From the NCBI GenBank assembly GCA_964525415.1, contig CAZGGZ010000002.1, positions 17,764-81,763 of the forward strand: DNA of 64,000 nt. Direction: 5' to 3'. Every line of letters starts with the position of its first letter. Within the stretch, counting starts at the first letter, position 1. The DNA is from an uncultured Rikenellaceae bacterium. Lineage in GTDB: Bacteria; Bacteroidota; Bacteroidia; Bacteroidales; VadinHA17. Of the stretch, positions 47,442 to 57,294 are shown in pieces. Below the pieces are notes generated by a model. The model was not told where the DNA came from. It saw only the letters and a list, made by a program, of their open reading frames with translations, and made no database searches. A program made the position numbers and the translations under genes.

Positions 47442-47948
47442 CTACTTTTTCTTAAGTTGTGAAAGGTGCATGATCTTTCTGACTTCCATGTCTTTATACT
47501 TGGCTGTATTGAACAGGTGTTTCCTGATGAGGTGGGTTTTCTTTTTCTGAAGCCAGGTAAGGTCTATTGTGTAAGATGATCCGTTTTTAAAATTTAGCAG
47601 AACTTTTTTCTCCTTATGCGGCATCACAAGATCTTTAATTTCAGCCCACTGAAACGAGTATTTAACTGGCTTAATGACTCCGTACCTGAATTCAATCTTA
47701 TCATCATCAATACTAAAGAACAGATCCTTTCTCTTTATTGTGGCAAAGGTTGAAATTAGACCGACCAACAGGCTGATCCCGAACGGAGCCATACATAATG
47801 ATGGTTTTATCTCGTGGAGTCCGAAGACAGGGCTTGCAATCAGAACTCCGACACCTCCCATAAAAAACAAGCCTGTAAAACTCCATAACAGGATCTTTCT
47901 TCCTTTTGAAAACTCCTCTTCTGTTAAATCAAAGTATATGCTTTCCAT
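47442..47948 (-). CDS. Hypothetical membrane protein (two TM helices plus a small PH-like cytoplasmic domain)
   Basis: 168 aa with a hydrophobic hairpin at residues ~20-70. The C-terminal half resembles bacterial PH-domain membrane proteins, but this is a weak assignment. Confidence 0.5.
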   Translation of the reverse strand: MESIYFDLTEEEFSKGRKILLWSFTGLFFMGGVGVLIASPVFGLHEIKPSLCMAPFGISLLVGLISTFATIKRKDLFFSIDDDKIEFRYGVIKPVKYSFQWAEIKDLVMPHKEKKVLLNFKNGSSYTIDLTWLQKKKTHLIRKHLFNTAKYKDMEVRKIMHLSQLKKK

Positions 47949-47951
47949 ATT

Positions 47952-48392
47952 CTAATGGATTAGGTGAAACAGATTCTTATCCTTTAATGAATCAGGATCA
48001 ATATTGAATACTGCAGTAATACATTCTGATTCCCTGAGCGCTGAGACAGCCTGATCAATATTTATTTCATTATCAGGATCATGTATCCGGAAAAAATAAT
48101 CAATATTTTTCAGCTTTCTGACAAGATGATTCTTCCCTGACCGGTTTGATGTCAGGTCATATTCCAGGTTATGCGATTCAGAGGAGTCAGAGAACCTGCT
48201 GAAAGTCATTTCATCGCCGGTTCCGGTGGTAATAGTCACCGGTGAACTGTTCTTAAGCGAGATCTTCAGCTCTTTATTCAGCACCAGAGACAATCTATAA
48301 TGAGGCTCTGCAGATACAATACCCAGGAGAACAGATTCATTATTCTGACTAATTTGCAGTTGTACGCGTCTGATTTTAGGTTTGGCTCTCAT
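47952..48392 (-). CDS. IPExxxVDY-family protein (degenerate motif: VRKLKNIDY)
   Basis: 146 aa. It has the overall pattern LLGI.S.....YRL....N..L...L and FS.F......LEY.L..N....K.L...LK.IDYF, plus a ...FNIDP..LKDK tail. It sits in the conserved Bacteroidota position after rnc. The family call is recalled from memory. Confidence 0.6.
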   Translation of the reverse strand: MRAKPKIRRVQLQISQNNESVLLGIVSAEPHYRLSLVLNKELKISLKNSSPVTITTGTGDEMTFSRFSDSSESHNLEYDLTSNRSGKNHLVRKLKNIDYFFRIHDPDNEINIDQAVSALRESECITAVFNIDPDSLKDKNLFHLIH

Positions 48393-48440
48393 ACTGAGAC
48401 TTCCTAACCTATAAAGATAGGTAAAATAAGAAGATCAAGT

Positions 48441-49178
48441 TTAAAAATCCGCTGAAATATCTTTGATCCTTCTCCAGGCAAGGCTTGATGCTTCCTGTTC
48501 CGCTTCCTTCTTTGATGTGCCCTGCCCCCTGGCAAACTCCTCCCTGTTAATAAAGAGAGTTGTGGAAAATACAGATTTCTTAAGATCGAAATCATATTCC
48601 TCATTGTAGGTAAAGATCAGGTTTGCCTTATTCTTCTGAACCCATTCAAAAACAAGGCTTTTATAATCCGTATCAGTTTTTACTATCTCATCCAGGTCAA
48701 GGTATTTATTAAGCACCTTCTTTATGAATAGTTTCTTGGTTTTCCTGAATCCCTTGTCGAGAAATACTGCTCCAAGGAGAGCCTCAAAAGCATCTCCGAA
48801 GAGGTTCCGGGTAGTGTGATTTGAACTTATATTGCTTACAACAATCTTATTGATGCCCATGGAAACAGAAAGATGGTTAAGAACCTCCCTGTTTACAATC
48901 CTGGCTCTTATTTTCGTCATAAAGCCTTCTGAGGCATCCGGGAACTTTTCGAACAGGAAATCAGACAGAATTGCATCCAGGATAGCATCACCGAGGTACT
49001 CGAGTCTTTCATTATTCACCCTTTTACCGTCGGGTAGCGTAAATGATGCTGAGCGATGTATGAAAGCAATCTCATATAATCTCAGGTTACCTGGTTTGAA
49101 TCCGAGGATCTTTCTCAGACGGGAACCGAATTCCCGTTTGTCAAGCAAATAAGTACCATTTGATTTTCTGGAGAGCAA
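48441..49178 (-). CDS. rnc: Ribonuclease III
   Basis: 245 aa with the RNase III signature NERLEYLGDAIL and a C-terminal dsRBD (G.G.SKKEAEQ.AS..A). Confidence 0.93.
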   Translation of the reverse strand: MLSRKSNGTYLLDKREFGSRLRKILGFKPGNLRLYEIAFIHRSASFTLPDGKRVNNERLEYLGDAILDAILSDFLFEKFPDASEGFMTKIRARIVNREVLNHLSVSMGINKIVVSNISSNHTTRNLFGDAFEALLGAVFLDKGFRKTKKLFIKKVLNKYLDLDEIVKTDTDYKSLVFEWVQKNKANLIFTYNEEYDFDLKKSVFSTTLFINREEFARGQGTSKKEAEQEASSLAWRRIKDISADF

Positions 49179-49183
49179 GGATA

Positions 49184-50431
49184 TTATCCCTCAGCTTTTA
49201 TGATGACAATTGAAGCGTTATGACCGCCAAATCCGAAAGTATTGCTGATGGCAGCCTTTACTACTCTTTTCTGTGCCTTGTTGGCCGTGATATTCAGCTT
49301 TTGATCTATCTGCGGATCGGGAACCTTAAAGTTAATTGTAGGCGGGATGATTTGCTGGGCAATGGCCATGATGGTTGCAATGGCTTCTATTGCTCCTGCA
49401 GCACCCAGAAGATGACCTGTCATTGATTTTGTCGCGCTGATATTAAGCTTATAGGCATGTTCCCCGAACACTGTCAGGATAGCCCTTGCTTCGGAAATAT
49501 CTCCAAGGGGAGTAGCTGTGCCGTGGACATTAATATAATCAATATCCTCAAGTTTAAGACCAGCTTCCTGTACTGCAAGTTTCATTACGTTACAGGCACC
49601 AAGACCTTCAGGGTGTGGTGCTGTAAGGTGAAAAGCATCTGCGGTCATGCCTGTCCCAGCCAGTTCAGCATACATTTTGGCTCCTCTGGCCTTTGCATGT
49701 TCAAAGTCCTCGACTATAAGCGCTCCAGCACCTTCGCCCATTACAAATCCATCCCGGGTAAGATCGAATGGTCGCGAGGCAGTCAGGTATTCCTCATTTT
49801 TGGTCGACATTGCCATCATCGCATTGAATCCTCCTATTCCCGGTTCATTGATTGAGGCTTCAGAGCCTCCGGCGACAAAAATATCAGCTTTACCAAGCCT
49901 GATATAATTAGCTGCATCGATCAGCGAGTGAGTTGATGAAGCACATGCTGAAACTGTAGCAAAATTGGGTCCTCTCAGTCCGTATCTTATTGATAATGAA
50001 CCTGAGGCGATATTTGCTATCATTTTGGGAATAAAGAAGGGACTGAAGCGGGGTGTTCCGTCACCAAGAACGTAACCTCTTATTGCTTCATAGAAAGTGA
50101 ATAATCCCCCGATACCTGATGACCAGATAACTCCAACCCGGTCCTTATCAACTTTATCCAGATCTAAACCTGAATCAGTAAGTGCTTCTGCGGCAGCAAC
50201 ATGAGCAAACTGGGAATAAAGATCAAGTTTATTGGCCTCTTTTCTGTCGAAATAATTGGACGAATCGTATCCTTTGACTTCACACGCGAATTTGGTTTTG
50301 AACTTTCCAGTGTCAAAGCGGGTAATCATACCCGCTCCGCTTATTCCATTTTTTAATCCTTCCCAATAATCATGCAAATTATTACCTATAGGAGTCAGTG
50401 CTCCAAGTCCGGTAATTACAACTCGTCTCAT
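49184..50431 (-). CDS. fabF: Beta-ketoacyl-ACP synthase II
   Basis: 415 aa with the active-site Cys context (ATVSACASS), the His-His pair (VHGTATP, MTGHLLGAAG) and a C-terminal NTFGFGGHN. Confidence 0.95.
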   Translation of the reverse strand: MRRVVITGLGALTPIGNNLHDYWEGLKNGISGAGMITRFDTGKFKTKFACEVKGYDSSNYFDRKEANKLDLYSQFAHVAAAEALTDSGLDLDKVDKDRVGVIWSSGIGGLFTFYEAIRGYVLGDGTPRFSPFFIPKMIANIASGSLSIRYGLRGPNFATVSACASSTHSLIDAANYIRLGKADIFVAGGSEASINEPGIGGFNAMMAMSTKNEEYLTASRPFDLTRDGFVMGEGAGALIVEDFEHAKARGAKMYAELAGTGMTADAFHLTAPHPEGLGACNVMKLAVQEAGLKLEDIDYINVHGTATPLGDISEARAILTVFGEHAYKLNISATKSMTGHLLGAAGAIEAIATIMAIAQQIIPPTINFKVPDPQIDQKLNITANKAQKRVVKAAISNTFGFGGHNASIVIIKAEG

Positions 50432-50454
50432 TAGTGGGTATTAGCTATGCAAAA

Positions 50455-50691
50455 CTATTTTGCATTTTCCTCAATGTACTTGATAGCATCACCAACGGTA
50501 CTTATTGTTTCTGCCTGGTCGTCAGGAATTCCGATATTGAATTCTTTTTCGAATTCCATGATCAGCTCCACAGTATCAAGAGAGTCTGCACCAAGATCGT
50601 TAGTGAAACTGGCTTCCGGGGTGACCTCTGATTCGTCAACACCAAGCTTGTCAACAATAATCTCCTTTACTCTTGCGGCAATGTCAGACAT
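50455..50691 (-). CDS. acpP: Acyl carrier protein
   Basis: 78 aa with the phosphopantetheine site [13 protein letters not shown]. Confidence 0.97.
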   Translation of the reverse strand: MSDIAARVKEIIVDKLGVDESEVTPEASFTNDLGADSLDTVELIMEFEKEFNIGIPDDQAETISTVGDAIKYIEENAK

Positions 50692-50871
50692 AGTGATAAA
50701 TTTTAATTAATAATAATTTAGAACCATGCAAAGAAATATATTTGTACTTTATTTTTCAAATGATTTAAGGTTTTTTATTTGTCGCTCATGCTAAAACGCT
50801 AATATACACTATAATAAACTTATAATCAAAAAATTTTTACCTGTAAATTCTGAAGAGTTAACTGTCATAAA

Positions 50872-51441
50872 ATGAGAAATATAGCTATTCTGGCCTCCGG
50901 TTCAGGAACCAATGCTGAAAATATAATAAAATATTTTTCGAATAGTAAGACAGCTGAAGTAAAGCTTGTTTTGTCGAACCGGCGTGAAGCCTTCGTATTA
51001 AAAAGGGCTGAAGCATTTAAAGTAAAAAGCTGTTTTTTCGACCGAAATGACTTTTACACTTCCGGGAAGGTGCTGAATATCCTGGCTGAAAACAGGATAG
51101 ATTTTATTGTGCTCGCCGGATTTCTGTGGCTTGTTCCCGGCAGCTTACTGGAGAAATATGAAGGGCGCATTGTAAATATTCATCCTGCCCTTCTGCCACG
51201 CTACGGAGGGAAAGGAATGTACGGTGAAAAAGTGCATAATGCCGTCCTCGCAAATCATGATGCCGAATCAGGTATAACAATACACTATGTGAATAAGCGA
51301 TATGATGAGGGAGACATTATTTTTCAGGCAAAATGTAAAGTGGAAAATAATGATACAGCAGACTCACTTGCCGCCAGGGTGCATGCCCTGGAGTATGAAC
51401 ATTTTCCTAAAGTAATTGAAAATCTTATAATTAATTTATAG
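50872..51441 (+). CDS. purN: Phosphoribosylglycinamide formyltransferase
   Basis: 189 aa with ILASGSGTN, VLAGF and NIHPALLP motifs. Confidence 0.92.
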   Translation: MRNIAILASGSGTNAENIIKYFSNSKTAEVKLVLSNRREAFVLKRAEAFKVKSCFFDRNDFYTSGKVLNILAENRIDFIVLAGFLWLVPGSLLEKYEGRIVNIHPALLPRYGGKGMYGEKVHNAVLANHDAESGITIHYVNKRYDEGDIIFQAKCKVENNDTADSLAARVHALEYEHFPKVIENLIINL

Positions 51442-52687
51442 TATCCTGCTTAATTGTTTCAAGCAGGCTCATCACCACGACCCTGTTTTTATCAAATACC
51501 GGTCTGTTCTCTTCCCGGACAGGCTCAACAGGCGGAGCATCAACCTTCAGAGGATCTACTGGTGATCCGTTCTGATAAAACCTGAAATCAAGATGAGGAC
51601 CGGTAGAAAGTCCGCTGCTTCCAACAAATCCAATGATATCACCCTGTTTTACAAAAGCTCCCTGTGTAATTCCGGGTCCGAACCGGCTGAGATGGAGGTA
51701 GGCAGTTGAATAGACGCTGTTATGAACAATCCTTACCATCTTGCCCGAACCGTTTTCCGTACCTGTTGAAACCACTCTTCCGTCTCCTATGGCATAAACC
51801 GGAGTTCCGACGGGTGCAGCATAGTCAACTCCGTGATGAGGTCTTCTTATCCTAAGGACAGGATGCATCCTGCTGGCCGAGAAACGGGAAGTGATCCTTG
51901 AGAATTTCAACGGGGATTTCAGGAAGGCTTTTCTGAGGCTGTTACCTTCAGCATCAAAAAAAGTCTCCTTGCCGTCCTGGATAAAAGGAATTGCTGTGGT
52001 TGTCTTTCCTGCCCATGTAAATTCCGCACCGAAAATCCTGCCAGGCCCCAGGGATTCATCATCTATGAACATCTCCTCATAAATTATCTTGAAGCTGTCT
52101 CCTTCCTGCAGTCCAAAAAAATCGACAGTCCATGCAAAGATCTCCGATAGTTTTGCGACCAGCATAGGGTGAGATCCACCGGCAATCATTGATTCCCAGA
52201 GAGATGTTTCAATAATTCCTGATGAATACCTGATTATTTTTCTGATCTGCTTTCTAAAAGGAGTGATATTGAGAGAATCATTAAAGCTGAAAATATAGCA
52301 TGTGGAAGGATCGTGTTCATAAACAAGGTACCTTGCCCTTGCACCTGAATCAGTATCGCAGAATAGTGTATAGTTTTTGCCGGCTCTTATTGTCCTTACA
52401 TCAAAAACGGATGATGAATTTCTTATTAGCTGATCAATTTCCTGCATAGTAATGCCGTGTTCAAGAAGAATATGGGAGAGGAATCCATTTGGCCTGATAT
52501 GTCCGGTGACAATGTTAAATGAGTCTGCGGGAATGCCAAATAGAAGAGTAGGGGCTTTCGTTGCCTGCTCAGGTATAGAGTCTGAAACCTGACTCACCGG
52601 CTCAGATTGTTCCCTGTTGAAATAACTGCAGGAAACAGCAAGCAGGAATGATAAAACTAAAAGAGCAGCGCCTATTCTTGCAAACAT
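51431..52687 (-). CDS. M23-family metallopeptidase (lipoprotein)
   Basis: 418 aa with a lipobox (LLAVSC) and the M23 motifs HHGVDYAAP.GTPV and STGPHLDF. It overlaps the convergent purN 3' end by 11 nt. Confidence 0.88.
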   Translation of the reverse strand: MFARIGAALLVLSFLLAVSCSYFNREQSEPVSQVSDSIPEQATKAPTLLFGIPADSFNIVTGHIRPNGFLSHILLEHGITMQEIDQLIRNSSSVFDVRTIRAGKNYTLFCDTDSGARARYLVYEHDPSTCYIFSFNDSLNITPFRKQIRKIIRYSSGIIETSLWESMIAGGSHPMLVAKLSEIFAWTVDFFGLQEGDSFKIIYEEMFIDDESLGPGRIFGAEFTWAGKTTTAIPFIQDGKETFFDAEGNSLRKAFLKSPLKFSRITSRFSASRMHPVLRIRRPHHGVDYAAPVGTPVYAIGDGRVVSTGTENGSGKMVRIVHNSVYSTAYLHLSRFGPGITQGAFVKQGDIIGFVGSSGLSTGPHLDFRFYQNGSPVDPLKVDAPPVEPVREENRPVFDKNRVVVMSLLETIKQDTIN

Positions 52688-52694
52688 CAGCAGA

Positions 52695-55364
52695 TCAGGT
52701 TTTGGGTTTAATCACAATGTTCACAATCCGGTTAGGTACCACAATTATATTAGATATAGTTCCGGCATCGAGCCATTTTTTTGCCCTCTCATCTGCCAGC
52801 ACATTTTTGATTATATCTTCCTTATCCATATCAACAGGCAGTTCAATCTTAAAACGGACCTTACCATTGAAGGATACAGGATATTCGAACACACTCTCCT
52901 TCAGATACTCTTCTATTACCTCCGGCCAGGATTCGTATGCAAGTGTTTTTGTATTACCCAGCATGTTCCAGAGCTCTTCACCAAGATGAGGTGCAAAAGG
53001 TGACAAAATCTTTACAAATGTACATGCAGTATCTTTTGTGACGCTTCCTTTTTTCATCGCCATGTTAAGGAAGATCATCATTGCAGAGATGGCGGTGTTG
53101 AAACGCAGGTTCTCAATATCTCCCTCAACTTTCCTTATTGCCTGGTGAAGTCCTTTCAATATCTCAGGATCCTCTTCGCCTGAAACAATACTTTCGGGAT
53201 TTGAAAAGAATCTGAATGTTCTCCCGAGGAAATTGAACACTCCCTTAACACCTTTATCATCCCATGGTTTCATTATATCGAGCGGTCCCATGAACATTTC
53301 ATACAGCCTGAGAGAATCAGCACCGTACTTCGTCACAACATCATCAGGATTGATAACATTCTTGAGGGATTTTGACATTTTGGCCACGATCTGCCTGACT
53401 TCAGCACCGTTTTCGGAATTAAAGAATTTCCCGTCTCTCTCCTCAACTATGTCAGCTGCGACTTTTGCACCTGTTTCGTTTTCATATGCAAATGCCAGTA
53501 TCATTCCCTGGTTGAACAATCGGGTATAGGGTTCATCAGTTGAAACAATGCCGAGATCAAACAGCACCTTATGCCAGAAGCGGCTGTAAAGAAGGTGAAG
53601 GACTGCATGCTCTGCGCCTCCGATATAAAGATCCACAGGCATCCAGTATTTTTCCTTTGCAGGATCAACAATCTGCTTTTTGTTCAAAGGATCTATGAAC
53701 CGAAGATAGTACCAGCATGATCCTGCCCACTGAGGCATTGTATTTGTCTCGCGTCTTCCTTTCCGGCCCGACTTATCGGTAACATTCAGCCATTCGGCGG
53801 AATTTGCCAGTGGTGATTCACCCGACTCACCCGGAAGATATTTCTCAAGTCCGGGAAGCTCAAGCGGAAGCTCACTTTCCTCCAGCACGGTAATCTCATC
53901 ATCCTCCCAGTGGATAACCGGGAATGGCTCTCCCCAGTACCGCTGCCTGCTGAATAGCCAGTCGCGTACTTTATAATTGACTTTAGCCTTGCCGAGGTTT
54001 TCTGATTCAAGCCATTTTATGATCTTATCAATGCCAGCCTCTTTGTTAAGACCGTTTATATCAATTCCAGTTGATTTATCAGATGAGTTGATATATTTTC
54101 CGTCTTCAGTCCAGCACTCTTTTCCTGAAATTATCTTCTTCTTTTGATCCGGATCGGTAACATCAGGATCCTGGATACAAACTATCGGAAGGCTGAATTT
54201 TTCTGCAAATTCAAAGTCGCGGGTATCATGAGCCGGAACTGCCATTATTGCTCCGGTTCCATATCCTGTCAGGACATAATCAGCCACCCAGATCGGGATT
54301 TTCTTATGGTTGACCGGATTAATAGCATACCTTCCGGTGAAAATCCCTGTTTTTTCTTTTGCAAGGTCAGTGCGATCCAGGTCTGATTTGAGCGATGCAG
54401 CTTTGATATAATCATTGACTGTTTTCCTGTTCTGGTCAGTTGTTAAAAGATCGACAAGTGAATATTCAGGTGCAATTACCATGTATGTTGCACCGAACAA
54501 TGTATCAGGGCGTGTGGTAAAGACAGTTATTTCTTCTTTTAGTCCATCGATGGCGAAATCAACTTCCGCGCCGGTTGACCTTCCTATCCAGTTACGCTGC
54601 ATATCCCTGATACCTTCAGGCCAGTCGAGCTTATCCATACCTGATAAAAGCCTCTCAGCATAGAGCGGGATCCGCAGCATCCACTGCCTGAGGTTTTTCT
54701 TTTCAACCCTGTTCCCGCATTTTTCATGTGAGCCGTCATTGAGAACCTCTTCATTGGCACAGACTATCCTGCATGCCGGACACCACCACACCTGTGCGTT
54801 CTCATAATATGCAAGCCTTTTTGTGGCTATATAATCCCGTACCGCTTTTTTACCTGCTTTTTTTACTTCATCAGGGATAACCAGCTCTGAAACAGGCCTT
54901 CCTTTCTGAAGCCCTTCATCGAACCATGTATTATAAAGCTGTATGAATATCCACTGTGTCCATTTGAAATATTCAGGATCTGTTGTGTTTATTTCCCTTT
55001 CCCAGTCGTAGCTGAGTCCAAGCTCCTTTATCTGCCGCCTGAAGGTATCACAGTTGTTCTTCGTTGTAACTGACGGATGTGTTCCGGTCTGGATGGCATA
55101 TTGCTCTGCAGGCAATCCGAATGCATCCCATCCCATAGGATGAAGGACATTGAATCCCTTCATTCTTTTATACCTGGCGTAGATATCAGTTGCTGTATAT
55201 CCCTCAGGATGACCAACATGGAGACCTGCCCCGGAAGGATATGGAAACATATCGAGTACATAGCATTTCTTCGGATTGGTAAGGTCGTCGGGAGTTTTGA
55301 AAATCTTGTTTTTCTCCCAGTATCTCTGCCATTTCTTCTCGATATCTGTGAAGTTGTAATCCAT
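52695..55364 (-). CDS. leuS: Leucine--tRNA ligase
   Basis: 889 aa with the HIGH-type motif (HVGHPEGY) and KMSKS (KMSKSLKN). Confidence 0.97.
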   Translation of the reverse strand: MDYNFTDIEKKWQRYWEKNKIFKTPDDLTNPKKCYVLDMFPYPSGAGLHVGHPEGYTATDIYARYKRMKGFNVLHPMGWDAFGLPAEQYAIQTGTHPSVTTKNNCDTFRRQIKELGLSYDWEREINTTDPEYFKWTQWIFIQLYNTWFDEGLQKGRPVSELVIPDEVKKAGKKAVRDYIATKRLAYYENAQVWWCPACRIVCANEEVLNDGSHEKCGNRVEKKNLRQWMLRIPLYAERLLSGMDKLDWPEGIRDMQRNWIGRSTGAEVDFAIDGLKEEITVFTTRPDTLFGATYMVIAPEYSLVDLLTTDQNRKTVNDYIKAASLKSDLDRTDLAKEKTGIFTGRYAINPVNHKKIPIWVADYVLTGYGTGAIMAVPAHDTRDFEFAEKFSLPIVCIQDPDVTDPDQKKKIISGKECWTEDGKYINSSDKSTGIDINGLNKEAGIDKIIKWLESENLGKAKVNYKVRDWLFSRQRYWGEPFPVIHWEDDEITVLEESELPLELPGLEKYLPGESGESPLANSAEWLNVTDKSGRKGRRETNTMPQWAGSCWYYLRFIDPLNKKQIVDPAKEKYWMPVDLYIGGAEHAVLHLLYSRFWHKVLFDLGIVSTDEPYTRLFNQGMILAFAYENETGAKVAADIVEERDGKFFNSENGAEVRQIVAKMSKSLKNVINPDDVVTKYGADSLRLYEMFMGPLDIMKPWDDKGVKGVFNFLGRTFRFFSNPESIVSGEEDPEILKGLHQAIRKVEGDIENLRFNTAISAMMIFLNMAMKKGSVTKDTACTFVKILSPFAPHLGEELWNMLGNTKTLAYESWPEVIEEYLKESVFEYPVSFNGKVRFKIELPVDMDKEDIIKNVLADERAKKWLDAGTISNIIVVPNRIVNIVIKPKT

Positions 55365-55383
55365 TTTTCAATTTATTTATTCA

Positions 55384-55418
55384 ACCGGAAGCCGGTTGCC
55401 GGTAAACGGTCGCCGGTC
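55384..55418. repeat. CCGG-heptad repeat element, copy 3 (in the leuS 5' leader / tRNA upstream region)
   Basis: Sequence is ACCGGAAGCCGGTTGCCGGTAAACGGTCGCCGGTC. The reverse complement contains CCGGCAACCGGCT, as in copy 2. It includes the perfect hairpin AACCGG-aag-CCGGTT. Confidence 0.75.
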
Positions 55419-55497
55419 ATTTGGCCTGCGAAAATAGGAAATCTTTGGGAAATTGTTGTAAAACCGCCTGTTTGATGTTACTTTTGCTGTATTACCT

Positions 55498-55570
55498 GGT
55501 CCCGTAGTTCAATGGATAGAATGACAGATTCCGGTTCTGTTGGTTGAGAGTTCGAATCTCTCCGGGATCA
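55498..55570 (+). tRNA. tRNA-Arg (anticodon CCG)
   Basis: Hand-folded cloverleaf. The acceptor pairs GGTCCCG with CGGGATC (one G-U) and the D arm is GTTC..GAAT. The anticodon stem is ACAGA/TCTGT with loop TTCCGGT. The T arm is GAGAG-TTCGAAT-CTCTC and the discriminator is A. No CCA is encoded. Confidence 0.88.
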
Positions 55571-55590
55571 CGAGAAGCAGAAACATCATT

Positions 55591-57294
55591 ATGACGTTTC
55601 TGCATTTATTATATCATTTTGACAGACTATACTATCGTGTTTTTCCGTTATTAAATTCTCATTTTATAAAAAACACACATTTGATCCGGATCACAATTCT
55701 TCTGGCTTCAGCCTTGCTAATGGTCTCCTGTATAAAGGAGGAATTTCATGAGGATATATTTGATGTTTCCCTGAACCTGACACCCGGATTGGCAATACCC
55801 ATCGGTTACTCCCATCTTGAAATTGAAAAGTATCTGCAGGATTCTGCCTTATCCGAACTTCACATTTCAGAGGATGGATTCCTGACCCTGTTTTATTCTT
55901 CGGATGTATTTAATGAAAACATGGGTAATTTCCTCAGTTTTTCACCCGTAAGCCTGAATACATCATTACTTAACACTACCGGGATGACTATAGATCTCCA
56001 GGGTGCCGGGATTACCTTTAATATCAACGATTCACTTCTTATTCCTGTCTCTCTGGATCAGACTGGAGTGAGAATTGACAGTCTTCATTTGCTTGGCGGA
56101 ATCCTCCAGGTTGATATGACACAAACAGGATTGAACGGAACAGTCACCTTCACATTCCCCGGAGTTCAAATGTATGGAGTCCCTTATATAATTACAAGAA
56201 ACATTTCTGATCCTGATTTTACACTGGATCTTGCAGGATACTCGATTATTCCGGAACGTGATATTAATGGAGATCATTTCCTCCGATACATGCTTTTTAT
56301 CGGTCTTCAGAGTCCTTCAGGCCCTGTTGGCAGCGGATCAGCTTTATTCAGCGTCCAAACTAATATAAGCTCGGTCAGTTTTGAATCATTGTATGGTGAT
56401 TTCAGCGGACTTGCAATCGATATTGATCCATTTCGCCTGAGCCCTCAGATCTTCAATGAATTCATTGATGGCCATTGTTACTTTGCTGATCCGGAAATAA
56501 AGTTGATCATCAACAATTCCTGTGGTATCCCTGCGGGGATTTCATTCAGCCGGTTCGAAGTCACTGATCAGGACAATATTATAATTCCAGTAACAGGCAG
56601 CGGAGTACCTGCAGTATCAGATCCGAGAATAATAAGATATCCGTCACTTAGTGAAGAAGGACTATCCGTCAGTGACAGCCTTGTACTGAACAAGTCGAAC
56701 TCAAATATTACCGATGTACTGGCTGTAAATCCGGTTGAGGTTAACATTACAGCACAGGCTGCGATAGTTACACCTGCGAATTCAGAGAGCACCTTCATCA
56801 GATACGATTCTGAAGTGGATATAACCGCCTCCCTGAAACTGCCTCTTTATGGGAAGGCTGAATTTCTTGTTCTGCTTGATACAATTACGTTTGATTATCT
56901 GAGCACCACACTTCCAGTGCCTGAAGAGATAGAACAACTCATAGTCCAGCTGAATATAACCAACAGCTTTCCTGTAACACTTACACCTCAGGTTTACCTT
57001 CTTGATGAAAACAGGATATTGCTTGACAGCCTTTTTACCGGAACGGAAAAAATTGAAGGAGCAAAAGACACCAATGGTGACGGCAAAGCTGATCCTTATA
57101 TTCAGGATCCAGTTTACATTGACCTGCCCAGGGAGAAAATTGATGCACTGAGCGAAACACACTACCTGATAACCAAAGGGGAGTTGACAACAACTGACTA
57201 TCCCGATTCGGATGTCAGGTTCTATTCAACTTATTACCTCGATTACATCATAGGGCTTATTGCACAATTAAAGATCAATACAGGGGGAAGATGA
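55591..57294 (+). CDS. Hypothetical lipoprotein (~567 aa), no family recognised
   Basis: The track ORF (55540) overlaps the tRNA, so I trimmed it to the first ATG after it. A later TTG near 55681 is also possible. The lipobox-like signal is ILLASALLMVSC. It overlaps the next gene by 4 nt (ATGA). Confidence 0.6.
   Translation: MTFLHLLYHFDRLYYRVFPLLNSHFIKNTHLIRITILLASALLMVSCIKEEFHEDIFDVSLNLTPGLAIPIGYSHLEIEKYLQDSALSELHISEDGFLTLFYSSDVFNENMGNFLSFSPVSLNTSLLNTTGMTIDLQGAGITFNINDSLLIPVSLDQTGVRIDSLHLLGGILQVDMTQTGLNGTVTFTFPGVQMYGVPYIITRNISDPDFTLDLAGYSIIPERDINGDHFLRYMLFIGLQSPSGPVGSGSALFSVQTNISSVSFESLYGDFSGLAIDIDPFRLSPQIFNEFIDGHCYFADPEIKLIINNSCGIPAGISFSRFEVTDQDNIIIPVTGSGVPAVSDPRIIRYPSLSEEGLSVSDSLVLNKSNSNITDVLAVNPVEVNITAQAAIVTPANSESTFIRYDSEVDITASLKLPLYGKAEFLVLLDTITFDYLSTTLPVPEEIEQLIVQLNITNSFPVTLTPQVYLLDENRILLDSLFTGTEKIEGAKDTNGDGKADPYIQDPVYIDLPREKIDALSETHYLITKGELTTTDYPDSDVRFYSTYYLDYIIGLIAQLKINTGGR

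Noticed and set aside
55540-55590. 5' extension of the 584-aa ORF that overlaps the tRNA-Arg gene
   Set aside because: The first 17 codons are simply the 3' half of the tRNA read as protein (MVESSNLSGITRSRNII). The CDS was trimmed to start after the tRNA.
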